A DNA stretch of 64,000 nt. It comes from Candidatus Latescibacterota bacterium (lineage in GTDB: Bacteria; Latescibacterota; UBA2968; GCA-2709665). The stretch is taken from the NCBI GenBank assembly GCA_965116875.1, contig OZ220733.1, forward strand, positions 1,920,001-1,984,000. Reading direction: 5' to 3'. The translations under genes were made by a program, and so were the position numbers. Within the stretch, counting starts at the first letter, position 1, and every line of letters starts with the position of its first letter. Shown here piece after piece: positions 29,352 to 39,399 of this stretch. The notes beneath the pieces were generated by a model. The model saw only the letters and a program-made list of their open reading frames with translations. It had not been told where the DNA came from and searched no databases.

Positions 29352-30590
29352 ATGGTTGATATCCGCCAGACCTTCAACTGGCACGACGTCCACGGGAACC
29401 GGGACTATGTGTTCGGCGAAGACGGATACCTGAAGATGGACGCATCCAGGTCGCCCGTCCAGTGCAGCCGTCAACTCAGGGAGAAGATCACCGACCGTGG
29501 CGGCACGCTTGAACTGGCCATGCGTGTGGTACTCGACGAGCCGGAATACCACACGCTTTATACCCTTCGACTCTTCGATAGCACGGACCGCCCCGCCGTC
29601 GTATGCCATATCCGGAGGGATGGCTGCCTGCTGTTCCAGGGTGAGAACGAGCTTCTTGACTCGGGCCGGTTCCTCACGTTTCAGGGCGACTGTCCTTTCA
29701 ACGATCGCACCCGGCGCAAGTGGTACGTCGTCGAATCCGACGAACACGTCTACACGTTCGAGGGCTTTGACTTTTCAAACCGGACTGCCGTCTTTCTTCT
29801 GGACGGTGAACGACCGGTCACCGTACCTTTCCGCAACCCGGTACGGGACATCGCAAGAATGGAACTCCGGACGGGCGGCGTAGGAATCGGCCGGTATCTC
29901 CGCGTTAGACACGTGAAACAGTTCGCCGCCGGCAGAGAGATCGACCGGGAAGACCATCCGTTCCACTGGAAACCGGTCCCCCCGCCCCGGGACGGGGAAC
30001 CGGACGACAATGTCTGTGAGAGCAGGCTCAGACCCGTTCAGAATCGATGGCTCGAACTCATCACCCGGTACGGATTCGTGACCACGACCTTTCCCGTCAT
30101 TCCCAAAGGCACGCTGGAATTCGATGTCAAGTCGCCGGACGTATCCGCTGAAGCCTGTATCCTGCTGGGCGAGTACGACGGATCCATCAAGTGTTTCCGA
30201 AAAATCCAGACGGGAATCCTGACAAACCGCATGACCGTTGCCACCGGCCATCCGACGCCCGGCTTCAACACGTTCGATCATTCGGTCGTTCCCGAAAACG
30301 ACCGTGCATACCGGTTCAGGATTGCGTGGGATGCAGGGACCAACAAGCAACAGATCTGGATCGACGGCGTGCCGCAGCGATACCAGGGCGAAACGGAAAT
30401 CGAAATCGACGGCCTCTGGGGTAAAGAAAAGCGCATGACCCGTGGCATCGACACCATCTCCCTGCATCCCGGACTGCTGGGGGCCGCACGTCTTACATCC
30501 ATCCAGAAGGCACAAGGCAGAACGCTCGAGATTCCGCCGGAGCCCCTCCGGACGTGGTGGGGAAACTTCAGGCTGCGCGCCCTGGAATAA
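29352..30590 (+). CDS. Hypothetical protein, beta-rich (possibly tandem lectin/LamG-like)
   Basis: 412-aa ORF with genome-like codon usage; YRFRIAWD...IWIDG. Confidence 0.6.
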   Translation: MVDIRQTFNWHDVHGNRDYVFGEDGYLKMDASRSPVQCSRQLREKITDRGGTLELAMRVVLDEPEYHTLYTLRLFDSTDRPAVVCHIRRDGCLLFQGENELLDSGRFLTFQGDCPFNDRTRRKWYVVESDEHVYTFEGFDFSNRTAVFLLDGERPVTVPFRNPVRDIARMELRTGGVGIGRYLRVRHVKQFAAGREIDREDHPFHWKPVPPPRDGEPDDNVCESRLRPVQNRWLELITRYGFVTTTFPVIPKGTLEFDVKSPDVSAEACILLGEYDGSIKCFRKIQTGILTNRMTVATGHPTPGFNTFDHSVVPENDRAYRFRIAWDAGTNKQQIWIDGVPQRYQGETEIEIDGLWGKEKRMTRGIDTISLHPGLLGAARLTSIQKAQGRTLEIPPEPLRTWWGNFRLRALE

Positions 30591-30637
30591 CCGCCCGCCG
30601 GCGCAAGCCGACAACTACGGCTCAATGAGAGATCGCT

Positions 30638-32986
30638 ATGCAAACCCATCGATATCCCTGCACGATGTACAAGCCCGATGACCTTGCGCGCGCAAGGGAG
30701 AATATAAACCGGCACGCGTGGGCCAGGGAACTCTACGGGCAGATCAAATCGCAGGCCGCTTACTATCTGACGATGGACCGGGACCGGATGCGGTCATTCA
30801 TAAGTGACCAGACGCCGCTCGTCACCGTCGTCTGCCCCAACTGCGGCTGCGGTCCCTGGTACGCCTACAGCCTGACCAACCAGGGCGACACACTTCAATG
30901 TACGGACTGCAAAACGACGTGGCACTGGGACCCGGAGGACACGTCCGAAACCTGGAATATCCAGGCGGTGGTCCGCACCTACCGCCTGAAATACATCCTC
31001 GGCGGCCTGGAGAGCGCCGGTATTGCGTACGGTATCGAAGGCGACGTGCGTTACGCCGAAAAAGCCGCCGTTCTGGTGGAACGATTCGCGGAAGTATTCG
31101 AGAACTACAGGCTGAACCAGGTCAACAAGAACGTCTGGCACGATCAGAACGATCCCTATTACGGGAAAATCGACGGCTGGAAGCAGAGGGATGCCTGGTG
31201 CGCCCGAACCGTACTGATCGCCTATGACCTCATCCGAGGCTCAGGCGTGCTCAATGACGAACAGCGGCGGTCCATCGATTCCTTTGTGGAGTACGTCCGA
31301 GACTATTTCGTCGAGTCCTTCAACAACCCGGGAACCTCAACGCTCGAGGGATATCAATATACCGACGATCTCTCACCGTATCTCTCGCACTTTTCGATAC
31401 AGGACCACGGCGGCGCGTGGTGGTGCATCGCGGCTTCCGCAGCGCTGACGGGCGACACCGAAATCCTGCGGTCCGTCGTCAGGTTGTACGAAGACATGCT
31501 CAAGCCCGAGGCCGGCGTGTTCTTCCAGGACGGCGCGTTTTACGAATGCACGGCCGACTACACCCTGGGACTGCTCCAGACAACCATCGGCATCCCGGAA
31601 ATCATCCGCGGCAACCTGGACACCGACGTGTACGCCAATCCCCGTTGCGCCCTCCTGGAGAAGTGTTACACCTGGTTCCTGGACGCCGCGTTTCCGAACG
31701 ACACCAACCCGGCGATCAACGATTCGCACGTGGGAAGTCCGCTGCGCCCTTTCTGTTCGGAAATCGCCTATATCGTCTACAACAACCAGAAGGCGCTGCG
31801 TCATCTCAAGACCGTCTGGGGCGCCGAACTGAACGGCGGCACCGAATATTCCCTCTTCTACAGAGATCCGGACGCCGCGGTAGACAGTGACGGCGAACCC
31901 TACGCGACGTCAAGCGTCCACCTGCCCGATATCGGACTCATGATTCTGCGTCAGGGCGAAGACAAGCCGTCGCGGACCATGGCCTTCATCGACTACGGCC
32001 CCTATATTCCGGCGGCGCACAAACAGAAAGACTATCTCAATTTCGTCCTGTGGTCGTGCGGGCAGGAACTCGTTACGGAGATGGGGTACAACTGGAATCC
32101 GGAGTGGGCGCGCCTGTGGGAGCGCGGCCCGCTATCGCACAATACCGTCCTGGAATGCGCGGATCAGGGCGAGGGAGGTAAGCCCCTCCTGTGGTGCGTG
32201 ACCCCGGGTCCGAAGATCGCTGAGGCGGGCCTCCCGCCGGCCAATACGCGCCTCATCGCGCTGTTGCCTCAACGCGCGGGTGAACCCCTCATCGCCGACA
32301 TCTTCCGCGTCTCCGGAGAAAGCAGTTCGTACACGTGGATGTTGCACGCCCGATCCGGAGACCTGGACGTAACGGGTCTGGGCGACCTTTCGCCGACGGA
32401 CGTCCCGGAACCCCTGCGGTCCGGCCGTTCGGGCCGCGCGATGGAAGACGTCACCGCCACGTGGACGATGGACCGCGGCGGTTTGCGCACCGTCATCCCG
32501 AATTTTCGAGACACCAGGGTAACCGTTTCGGAGTGTCCTCCCGAAGAGGACGTGATTGAGGACCTGCATGCCGACGGCGGCACCCTGAAACCGGGGGCCG
32601 TTCTCCCGTACCGCGGACACCTCCAGGTTACCCGACCCGGCCCGGACGCCATATTCGCAGCGGTTCACGCGCCGTTTCGGCGCCGCCCGCCCGCGATGGA
32701 TATCGAATGCCACGTCCTGTCCGAGCATACCCTGGCACTTCGGATTTCCACCGGCGACGAGCGTTTTGTCCTGTTGCATCACCTTGCGCAAACCGAGGCG
32801 CGCTTCGAGGACCTTATTCTGAACGGGCGCGCGGCCGTTGTCACGCTGAGGGACGGGACGCCGCGGTCACTCTGTCTGGCTTCGGGAACTTCCCTGGTCT
32901 GTAACGAAGCCGAGCTTCGTCTGGAAGAAAGCGGCAACGCCTGCGCCGTACGTTCCGGAGACACGTTCAAGAGGGTAGAGCTCTAG
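30638..32986 (+). CDS. Heparinase II/III-like polysaccharide lyase
   Basis: DGAFYE...Y, PAINDS, HKQKDYLNF and SHNTV motifs. Confidence 0.75.
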   Translation: MQTHRYPCTMYKPDDLARARENINRHAWARELYGQIKSQAAYYLTMDRDRMRSFISDQTPLVTVVCPNCGCGPWYAYSLTNQGDTLQCTDCKTTWHWDPEDTSETWNIQAVVRTYRLKYILGGLESAGIAYGIEGDVRYAEKAAVLVERFAEVFENYRLNQVNKNVWHDQNDPYYGKIDGWKQRDAWCARTVLIAYDLIRGSGVLNDEQRRSIDSFVEYVRDYFVESFNNPGTSTLEGYQYTDDLSPYLSHFSIQDHGGAWWCIAASAALTGDTEILRSVVRLYEDMLKPEAGVFFQDGAFYECTADYTLGLLQTTIGIPEIIRGNLDTDVYANPRCALLEKCYTWFLDAAFPNDTNPAINDSHVGSPLRPFCSEIAYIVYNNQKALRHLKTVWGAELNGGTEYSLFYRDPDAAVDSDGEPYATSSVHLPDIGLMILRQGEDKPSRTMAFIDYGPYIPAAHKQKDYLNFVLWSCGQELVTEMGYNWNPEWARLWERGPLSHNTVLECADQGEGGKPLLWCVTPGPKIAEAGLPPANTRLIALLPQRAGEPLIADIFRVSGESSSYTWMLHARSGDLDVTGLGDLSPTDVPEPLRSGRSGRAMEDVTATWTMDRGGLRTVIPNFRDTRVTVSECPPEEDVIEDLHADGGTLKPGAVLPYRGHLQVTRPGPDAIFAAVHAPFRRRPPAMDIECHVLSEHTLALRISTGDERFVLLHHLAQTEARFEDLILNGRAAVVTLRDGTPRSLCLASGTSLVCNEAELRLEESGNACAVRSGDTFKRVEL

Positions 32987-33038
32987 CAGTCTGTGGATAA
33001 AGCCGCTCTGCAGCCCGGATGGACTTTTTCAACGGGCT
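32987..33038 (+). repeat. Repeat family B, short form
   Basis: CAGTCTGTGGATAAAG...GACTTTTTCAACGGGCT, starting directly after the lyase TAG. Confidence 0.7.
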
Positions 33039-33042
33039 TATC

Positions 33043-33111
33043 GTGTTCTGTCCCGGAAATAAGTTGCCTGAATCGGCGGCCGAATGGTGAGGAATTTTCG
33101 GGACAGGACAA
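33043..33111 (+). mobile_element. MITE family C, short form
   Basis: GTGTTCTGTCCCGGAAAT ... ATTTTCGGGACAGGACA; matches both ends of 60827-61035. Confidence 0.75.
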
Positions 33112-33176
33112 TAGGTCTCAATGCGTTATATTGTGCCGTAGGGAAACGCAATCCTACTTCAATACAGGAGACGTGA

Positions 33177-34121
33177 ATGCCGTCAGACTTTCTCAACCGT
33201 GTCGCTGAGGGCCACCTGCTCTGCGATGGTGGCTACTATCTCGAATTCGAACGCCGTTGCCTCGGCAGCTATGCTTCGAAAATTCCGATGGGCGTGCTCG
33301 ACTATCCTGAAGGCGTCCTCGAACTCCACAGAGAATTCGCGCGGGCGGGCGCCGAAGTACTTCAGGCCATGGTATGGGGCGTACGGCCGATGGAACGGGA
33401 AGAGGAACTCCACCGCAAGGCCGTGGAACTGGCGCGCGAAGCGGCCGGCCCGGACCGTTTCGTGGCCGGCACGCTCAGCCCCTTCGTCTATTCGGGCCGT
33501 TCGAAATGGGACCCGATGACCGAAGCAGACAGGACGAATGCCCGGGAATTCTTCGAGCGTCGCGTCGGCCAGCAGACCTCGGCGGGGGTTGACCTCTTCA
33601 TCATCGAAACCTTCTATTCCGTGGATGAAGTCAGCCTTGCCATTCCCTTTGTAAAACAGGCGGGGATTCCGGCCGTGGTTACGATGACCTATCGAGACGC
33701 GGAAGTTACCAGGGAGGGCTACCGCCCCGGGGAAGCCGCCAAACGCCTGGTGGACGCGGGCGCCGACGTGGTCGGCATCAATTGCATGCGCCCCTGGACG
33801 ACCATGCGTCCCCTGATGTATGAAGTCAGGGAATCGGTCTCCGTACCCCTGTGCGCCCAGCCCACCGGATATGAACTCGAACCCGGCGAGAATTTCAATC
33901 GACCGCTGAGCGTCGCCAATCTCTGGACCCAGGTTGAGCCCCGCGTTGTCACGCGTTTTTCCATGGCGGAGTATACCGCCGAAGCCACGCGCATGGGCAT
34001 CGGGCTTATTGGTTCCTGCTGCGGCGCGCTGCCGTTTCACGTCCGCGCCATGGCCGAAGCGCTCGGCAAAACCACGGACCTGCCCGACGTTGACCGGGGG
34101 TACAGCGGGCTTGCGGGGTGA
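33177..34121 (+). CDS. Homocysteine S-methyltransferase family (BHMT-like)
   Basis: LCDGG, LHREFARAGAEV, GINC and GSCCG zinc ligands. Confidence 0.85.
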   Translation: MPSDFLNRVAEGHLLCDGGYYLEFERRCLGSYASKIPMGVLDYPEGVLELHREFARAGAEVLQAMVWGVRPMEREEELHRKAVELAREAAGPDRFVAGTLSPFVYSGRSKWDPMTEADRTNAREFFERRVGQQTSAGVDLFIIETFYSVDEVSLAIPFVKQAGIPAVVTMTYRDAEVTREGYRPGEAAKRLVDAGADVVGINCMRPWTTMRPLMYEVRESVSVPLCAQPTGYELEPGENFNRPLSVANLWTQVEPRVVTRFSMAEYTAEATRMGIGLIGSCCGALPFHVRAMAEALGKTTDLPDVDRGYSGLAG

Positions 34122-34207
34122 AACTCGATCGTGGATCCGCGGCGACCCGCTCGTCCGGCATTCAGGCCGTCCAAACATTGGCCCACGCAGACGGGAGGAA
34201 GTCATCC

Positions 34208-35890
34208 ATGCTGAATGAAATCACCGCTTGCCTTGAGAAGGGATTCGAACTGGGCGTCCGGTGGACGGACGGGAACGGGGTCCTGAACGACGCCTATGAA
34301 AGCAACCGGCCGGAGAACTTCGCTCCCGCCTGCTGGGCCGTCATCGCCGCATCGCTCTACCGGCTTTCCGGCGAGGACGTCTACCTCGAGTGGACGGAAC
34401 GGTGGATGAAACGCACGGCCGAGATCATGGAAGGCGCCAGGAATTCACCCGGTTTCAGGGAATACGTAATGGGGTACGGCGTGATGGTTTTTCCCATACT
34501 TTCCGACGTCGTGGACCGGGATATTCTGGAACGATGGGAAGCCGGTTTTACCGCATCGTATACCGGCGACGCCGGATTGTCCGATTGCCATGTCTCCGCC
34601 GCGTCACTGTTGTGCGATCTGTTCCTGGACAGCGGGCGGGAGGAGAGTGCCCGGAAGCGATCCGGAGAATTCATCGCCGCGTTCAACCGGAGGCTGACAT
34701 CCGGCGGTTTTCTTCGCGACGACGACGTGAACGGACATTCCGTCGCGCACGTCTACCTTACGGGCACGTTCATTGCAGCCGCCCTTCTCAAGAGCGAGTC
34801 AGACTTCTCCAGGGTTGCCGAAGACGACCGGCGCCAGATCAGTCAACTCCTCGAGACCGTATGCACGTGGTTCAAAAGAGCCAACGGCCAGTTCCATCTG
34901 CCGTTTCTGGCCAGCCGGAGCATCTACCAGATGTACGTCTATCCCATGGTTGCGCTTCTCTCGTTCATAGGTGAAGGTGAAGCGGCCAGGGAGAGAATTC
35001 TCTCGCTCCTCGGGTTCTGCCAGTCCTTCAATCCGGATAAGGGCGTATTCTCCCATACGCCCAATCATCTCTCGCCGTTTGCCCTCGCCGGCCTGGAATG
35101 GACCTACAACCGTCTGAACACCGACCTGGGCGCGGGCCTCGTTGCCTGGGCGCTGCTTGCGCTCCTGGTCGACGAGGAATGGGCGGGTTTCGGCCCGGTC
35201 GCCGCCGCACCGGTGGAAGACGTGGTCGATACGGAAGCCGGGTACGCGATTCTGCACGGCGAAAAGTCGCGCGTGGCTCTGGCCCTCTGCAACCACGACT
35301 GGGGGTATCACCTGCCGCTCCAGCCGCTATCCGTCAAACTCGGCAATACCCCGATGATCGAACCCATTGCCGATGCCAAACGGGACGGTGTCAAACATGC
35401 CTTCCACGAACAGATCACGGAGCCGGACAGGGCCGATCCGCTGCAGGAACCGTACTTCGGGATTCTTGTCAACGAGGCCGGCGGCGCCTACCGCATCATG
35501 GAAGGCGACGTGGAGGTGATTGCCTCGAACGAATTCAGTCTTACCGGCCCGCTCCCGCTTCAAATAAAACTCGATCCGGGGAACAAAACCATCCGGCTGG
35601 CGTACCGGGTCGCGGAACTCAAGGACGACGACCAGGCCGTTTTCTCCATGCCCATCCTCCTGTGGGACGGTAAAGAGGAACCGACCTACAGCGTCGACAG
35701 CGGTACGATGGTCCTTGGCTGGAAAGGCGCAGCCTACCGCATATCGATAACCGGCAACAGCGGACCCTGGGATCTGCACATGGCGCGCTATCTGCACGCG
35801 GGGTGCGGGCTTACCGGAAACATGACCATTCCCCTCGTCCATTCCAACACGCGACTCGACACTGTCGTCAGCATCGAACGGACGGCGTGA
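34208..35890 (+). CDS. Hypothetical protein (helical N-terminus, beta C-terminus)
   Basis: GGAGG RBS before MLNEIT; operon-like spacing. Confidence 0.6.
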   Translation: MLNEITACLEKGFELGVRWTDGNGVLNDAYESNRPENFAPACWAVIAASLYRLSGEDVYLEWTERWMKRTAEIMEGARNSPGFREYVMGYGVMVFPILSDVVDRDILERWEAGFTASYTGDAGLSDCHVSAASLLCDLFLDSGREESARKRSGEFIAAFNRRLTSGGFLRDDDVNGHSVAHVYLTGTFIAAALLKSESDFSRVAEDDRRQISQLLETVCTWFKRANGQFHLPFLASRSIYQMYVYPMVALLSFIGEGEAARERILSLLGFCQSFNPDKGVFSHTPNHLSPFALAGLEWTYNRLNTDLGAGLVAWALLALLVDEEWAGFGPVAAAPVEDVVDTEAGYAILHGEKSRVALALCNHDWGYHLPLQPLSVKLGNTPMIEPIADAKRDGVKHAFHEQITEPDRADPLQEPYFGILVNEAGGAYRIMEGDVEVIASNEFSLTGPLPLQIKLDPGNKTIRLAYRVAELKDDDQAVFSMPILLWDGKEEPTYSVDSGTMVLGWKGAAYRISITGNSGPWDLHMARYLHAGCGLTGNMTIPLVHSNTRLDTVVSIERTA

Positions 35891-35904
35891 GGGAAGGGCC
35901 GGTC

Positions 35905-36888
35905 ATGAACCTCGGATTCGTCGGTCTGGGCAACTACGCCAAAAACCACCAGCGGGCCGTCCGGAAGAATCCGGACCTGGCCCTGGTTTCCGTCTACGAC
36001 GTTGTCCCTGAACGGACCGACGAGGTTGTCCGGACGTTCGGCGCGAAACGGGCCTCCGCCATTGAAGATCTGGCCGGCGACCCCGACGTGGACGGCGTGG
36101 TCATCACCACGCCCAACCCACGCCACTTTGACGACTTCAAGACATGCGCCGCCGAAGGCAAGCACGTCTTCGTCAACGTACCCGTCACGACCAGCCGCGC
36201 TCAGGCAGCCGAAATGATGGGTCTCGCCAACAAACGCGGCCTGACCTACATGGCCGGCCACAACCTCCGCAAGAACCCGGCCATTTCCCATCTGAAGAAA
36301 CGCATTGACGCGGGAGATATCGGCACGTTGCACTCCGTGGAAGCATCGGTTGGAGGCGCTTCCGGGTACAGCTTGACGCCTGAAAACTGGCGGTACCACC
36401 TTACGAACACGCCCCTTCTGCCCTTTGCGCAGATGGCCGTTGTCTTCATCGACCTGATTCTGAACATCATGGGCGCCCCGGAGAGAATCGCCGCGTTCAT
36501 GTCCAAGCGGGACGGCGCCGGAGAGTCTCCGGACCTGGGCGCGGTGATCGGCCGCTATGCCGACGGGCGTCTTTCCTACGTCGGTGCGTCGTACGTCTCC
36601 CAACTGGGCTACGAAATCACCTTCGCGGGAAGCGAGGCCAGAATCAGGTGGGACAGCCACGACGATAACGCCGTTACGTTGATCGGCGCTGAGGGTCACC
36701 ACAGGAAAGCCTTCGAACGGATCGACGAACAGTACGAGGAACTCGCCGAATTCGCGCATTGCGCGCAGACCGGCACCGTTCCCTCGGTAAGTGGCCTGGA
36801 CGCATTCAACGTTGCCGCATACTTCGAAGCCATTGCCGAATCCATCAGTACCGGGCGGGCCGTTCGCTTCAGGCCGTTCGGCGAATAG
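35905..36888 (+). CDS. Gfo/Idh/MocA family oxidoreductase
   Basis: GFVGLG, ITTPNPRH, GKHVFVNVP (canonical EKP altered). Confidence 0.8.
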   Translation: MNLGFVGLGNYAKNHQRAVRKNPDLALVSVYDVVPERTDEVVRTFGAKRASAIEDLAGDPDVDGVVITTPNPRHFDDFKTCAAEGKHVFVNVPVTTSRAQAAEMMGLANKRGLTYMAGHNLRKNPAISHLKKRIDAGDIGTLHSVEASVGGASGYSLTPENWRYHLTNTPLLPFAQMAVVFIDLILNIMGAPERIAAFMSKRDGAGESPDLGAVIGRYADGRLSYVGASYVSQLGYEITFAGSEARIRWDSHDDNAVTLIGAEGHHRKAFERIDEQYEELAEFAHCAQTGTVPSVSGLDAFNVAAYFEAIAESISTGRAVRFRPFGE

Positions 36889-36890
36889 AA

Positions 36891-36921
36891 AAAGCCCTGG
36901 AGAACGCATCTCCAGGGCTTT
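36891..36921. terminator. Bidirectional intrinsic terminator
   Basis: AAAGCCCTGGAGA-acgca-TCTCCAGGGCTTT between convergent genes. Confidence 0.75.
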
Positions 36922-36946
36922 CGTCGGACATCCTGTCGGACCTGAT

Positions 36947-37255
36947 TCAGATCACATCGATTTGTTGAGCGGTTATCCAGATATCCTTCTGATCAAAACG
37001 AGTCTTCAGGGTTTCCTTGAACTTTCTGATAAATGCCGTGTTTTCCGGGGTATCTTCCGCATCGATTCGGATACGAATCAACCTATCGTCATAGCGGGTA
37101 CCCTGATATTTCCATCGACCACTGACGACAACTGAATCCGTACTTGTCGAACCAAATTCCGCGACGAATTCCTCATCAGTACGGGTGAATTTCTCCTCTT
37201 CAATTCGCCGCCCGTCATTGTAATACAGAGGCAGCAGGATTTCGAATTTGCGCAT
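36947..37255 (-). CDS. Small hypothetical protein (DUF3574/PII-like fold suspected)
   Basis: MRKFEILLPLYYNDG...RFDQKDIWIT; 102 aa, lower GC. Confidence 0.7.
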   Translation of the reverse strand: MRKFEILLPLYYNDGRRIEEEKFTRTDEEFVAEFGSTSTDSVVVSGRWKYQGTRYDDRLIRIRIDAEDTPENTAFIRKFKETLKTRFDQKDIWITAQQIDVI

Positions 37256-37445
37256 GAGAGTTCTCTACCTCGTCTTCCGAGGCGTTTCGATATGATATAT
37301 CCTGGTCATCCAGAATCGACAATGCCTGAACGGGCACGATGTATACGCCACCCGGCAAGCTGGTCACCGTGGCATGGGTAGCCAGTTCGTAATAACCATT
37401 CACCTGATGTTTGCGACTATTGAACTTGATATAAACAGTATTCAT
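37215..37445 (-). CDS. Small hypothetical protein overlapping the next gene
   Basis: MNTVYIKF...; 76 aa; 41-bp overlap with 36947-37255. Confidence 0.6.
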   Translation of the reverse strand: MNTVYIKFNSRKHQVNGYYELATHATVTSLPGGVYIVPVQALSILDDQDISYRNASEDEVENSHAQIRNPAASVLQ

Positions 37446-37647
37446 GCCTACCCCGCTGTACAAAACGTTCGCAATCGACGCAAAATCGTCCAATAGGTGA
37501 ATTTTAGCAATTTACGCGATTCGTGTCAACCCTGGTTGAAACACGATAGGGCCTCGATTCACGTGTCGACCTCCGCTGTTATCAACAGTTCGACGGCGAC
37601 CCCAGCGACAGTTCATTCGCCCCGATGGCCAGACGGACGTGGCCTTA

Positions 37648-39396
37648 TTATGCTTCCTGTCCTTTGCGCACGACTTCTTTCACGTACCCAACCAGCGCGT
37701 CGATCGCGACGTCTTTTCTTTCTCGCTCGTTTCTCATTTTTACTTCCACCTCCCCCTTGGCCAGCCCCCTGGAACCCACCGTAATCCGGATTGGGATGCC
37801 GATCAGGTCCGCATCGTTGAACTTGACGCCCGCCCGCTCGTCGCGGTCATCCAGCAGCACTTCTATCCCGTCGGCTTCCAGTTCCCCGCAGATCCGCTCC
37901 GCCGCCTCCAACTCTCCCTTCGGCCGATTTCCCGAGAGCACCACGATATGCACGTGGAACGGTGCGACCGGGATCGGCCAGACGATGCCCTGTTCGTCGT
38001 GGTGTTCCTCGATCACGCAGGCCAGCAGGCGCCCGACGCCGATGCCGTAGGAGCCCATCACCAGCGGCCGGGCTTTGCCGTTTTCGTCCAGGAAGTTCGC
38101 CCCGAGTTTCTCGCTGTACCTCGTGCCCAGCTTGAAGATATTTCCCACTTCGACCCCGCGCGCCGACCGCAGCGGGCCACCGCAGAATGCGCAGGGCATC
38201 CCCGCCTCCACGGCCACCAGATCGGCGACCAGGTCCGCCTCGAAATCCCTGCCCACGTTCACGTTCAGGCAATGATAGTCCACCCTGTTCGCCCCGGACA
38301 CGAAATTGCCGGATTTCGCCACCAGGTCATCCACGACAATCAAAGCATCCTCGGCGATGCCGATCGGGGACCCGTATCCCGGCTCGGCCCCGATCGCCCG
38401 GATTTCTTCCTCTGCCGCCGGCCGCATATCGACAGCCCCGGCCGCGTTGGCCAACTTCGTCTCACTCAGCTCGTGGTCTCCCCGTACCAGCGCGAAGATA
38501 AACCGTTCCTCTCCCTGGATGGAACCGGTCATAAACACCGCCTTGGCGGTTCGACTCGCCGGAACGTCCAGGAACCGCGCCAGGTCTTCAATGGTGGTGC
38601 ATCCCGGCGTTGCCACTTCCTGGAGCGGCTCCGGCGCTTCCGCGACGGCCTCTTCCCTTCGATACACGGCGATCTGACGGTTCGCACGGTATCCGCATCC
38701 GTCGCAGATCAACAGCGTATCCTCGCCAACGGGATTCAGATACATGAACTCGTGCGCACCGGTTCCGCCCATCATGCCCGTGTCGCTCTCCACCGAAACC
38801 ACCTGGTCCGCCAGGCCGACCCGACGGAAGATATTCTCATAGGCCCGGTACATGTCCTGATAGATCGAATCCAGGCCGGACTCGTCCAGGTCGAAACTGT
38901 ACGCGTCCTTCATCGTGAATTCCCGAACCCGGATCAGGCCGCCCCGGCTCCGGGGCTCGTCGCGGAACTTCGTCTGAATCTGGTACACGCACATCGGAAC
39001 CTGACGATAGCTCCTGATCAGGTGCCGCGCCAGGTCCGTTACCGCTTCTTCGTGGGTCATTGCAAGACACATGGCCCGCTCCGACCGATCCTGCATCCGG
39101 AGCATTTCCGGACCCACCTCGTTCCACCGCCCGCTTTCCTGCCAGAGTTCGGCCGGCTGCACGATGGGCATCAGCAGTTCCACGCAGTCGATCGCCGCCA
39201 TCTCGTCCCGAAAAATCGCCTCGATCTTCCGCGCGACCCGGAGTCCCAGCGGCAGCGCGCTGAAAATGCCCGCCGCCAGCGGCCGGATCAGCCCGGCCCG
39301 CAGGGCAAGCTGGTGGCTGGACAGCTCCGCGTCGGCCGGCGCCTCCCTGAGCGTCTGCGTAAACAGGCTGCTATACCGCATCAAGACTCCTTTCAA
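37648..39396 (-). CDS. proS: Proline--tRNA ligase (bacterial type with editing insertion)
   Basis: QIQTKFRDEPR, REFTMKDAYSF, EVGNIFKLG and MGSYGIGVGR. Confidence 0.97.
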   Translation of the reverse strand: MKGVLMRYSSLFTQTLREAPADAELSSHQLALRAGLIRPLAAGIFSALPLGLRVARKIEAIFRDEMAAIDCVELLMPIVQPAELWQESGRWNEVGPEMLRMQDRSERAMCLAMTHEEAVTDLARHLIRSYRQVPMCVYQIQTKFRDEPRSRGGLIRVREFTMKDAYSFDLDESGLDSIYQDMYRAYENIFRRVGLADQVVSVESDTGMMGGTGAHEFMYLNPVGEDTLLICDGCGYRANRQIAVYRREEAVAEAPEPLQEVATPGCTTIEDLARFLDVPASRTAKAVFMTGSIQGEERFIFALVRGDHELSETKLANAAGAVDMRPAAEEEIRAIGAEPGYGSPIGIAEDALIVVDDLVAKSGNFVSGANRVDYHCLNVNVGRDFEADLVADLVAVEAGMPCAFCGGPLRSARGVEVGNIFKLGTRYSEKLGANFLDENGKARPLVMGSYGIGVGRLLACVIEEHHDEQGIVWPIPVAPFHVHIVVLSGNRPKGELEAAERICGELEADGIEVLLDDRDERAGVKFNDADLIGIPIRITVGSRGLAKGEVEVKMRNERERKDVAIDALVGYVKEVVRKGQEA

Positions 39397-39399
39397 TGT

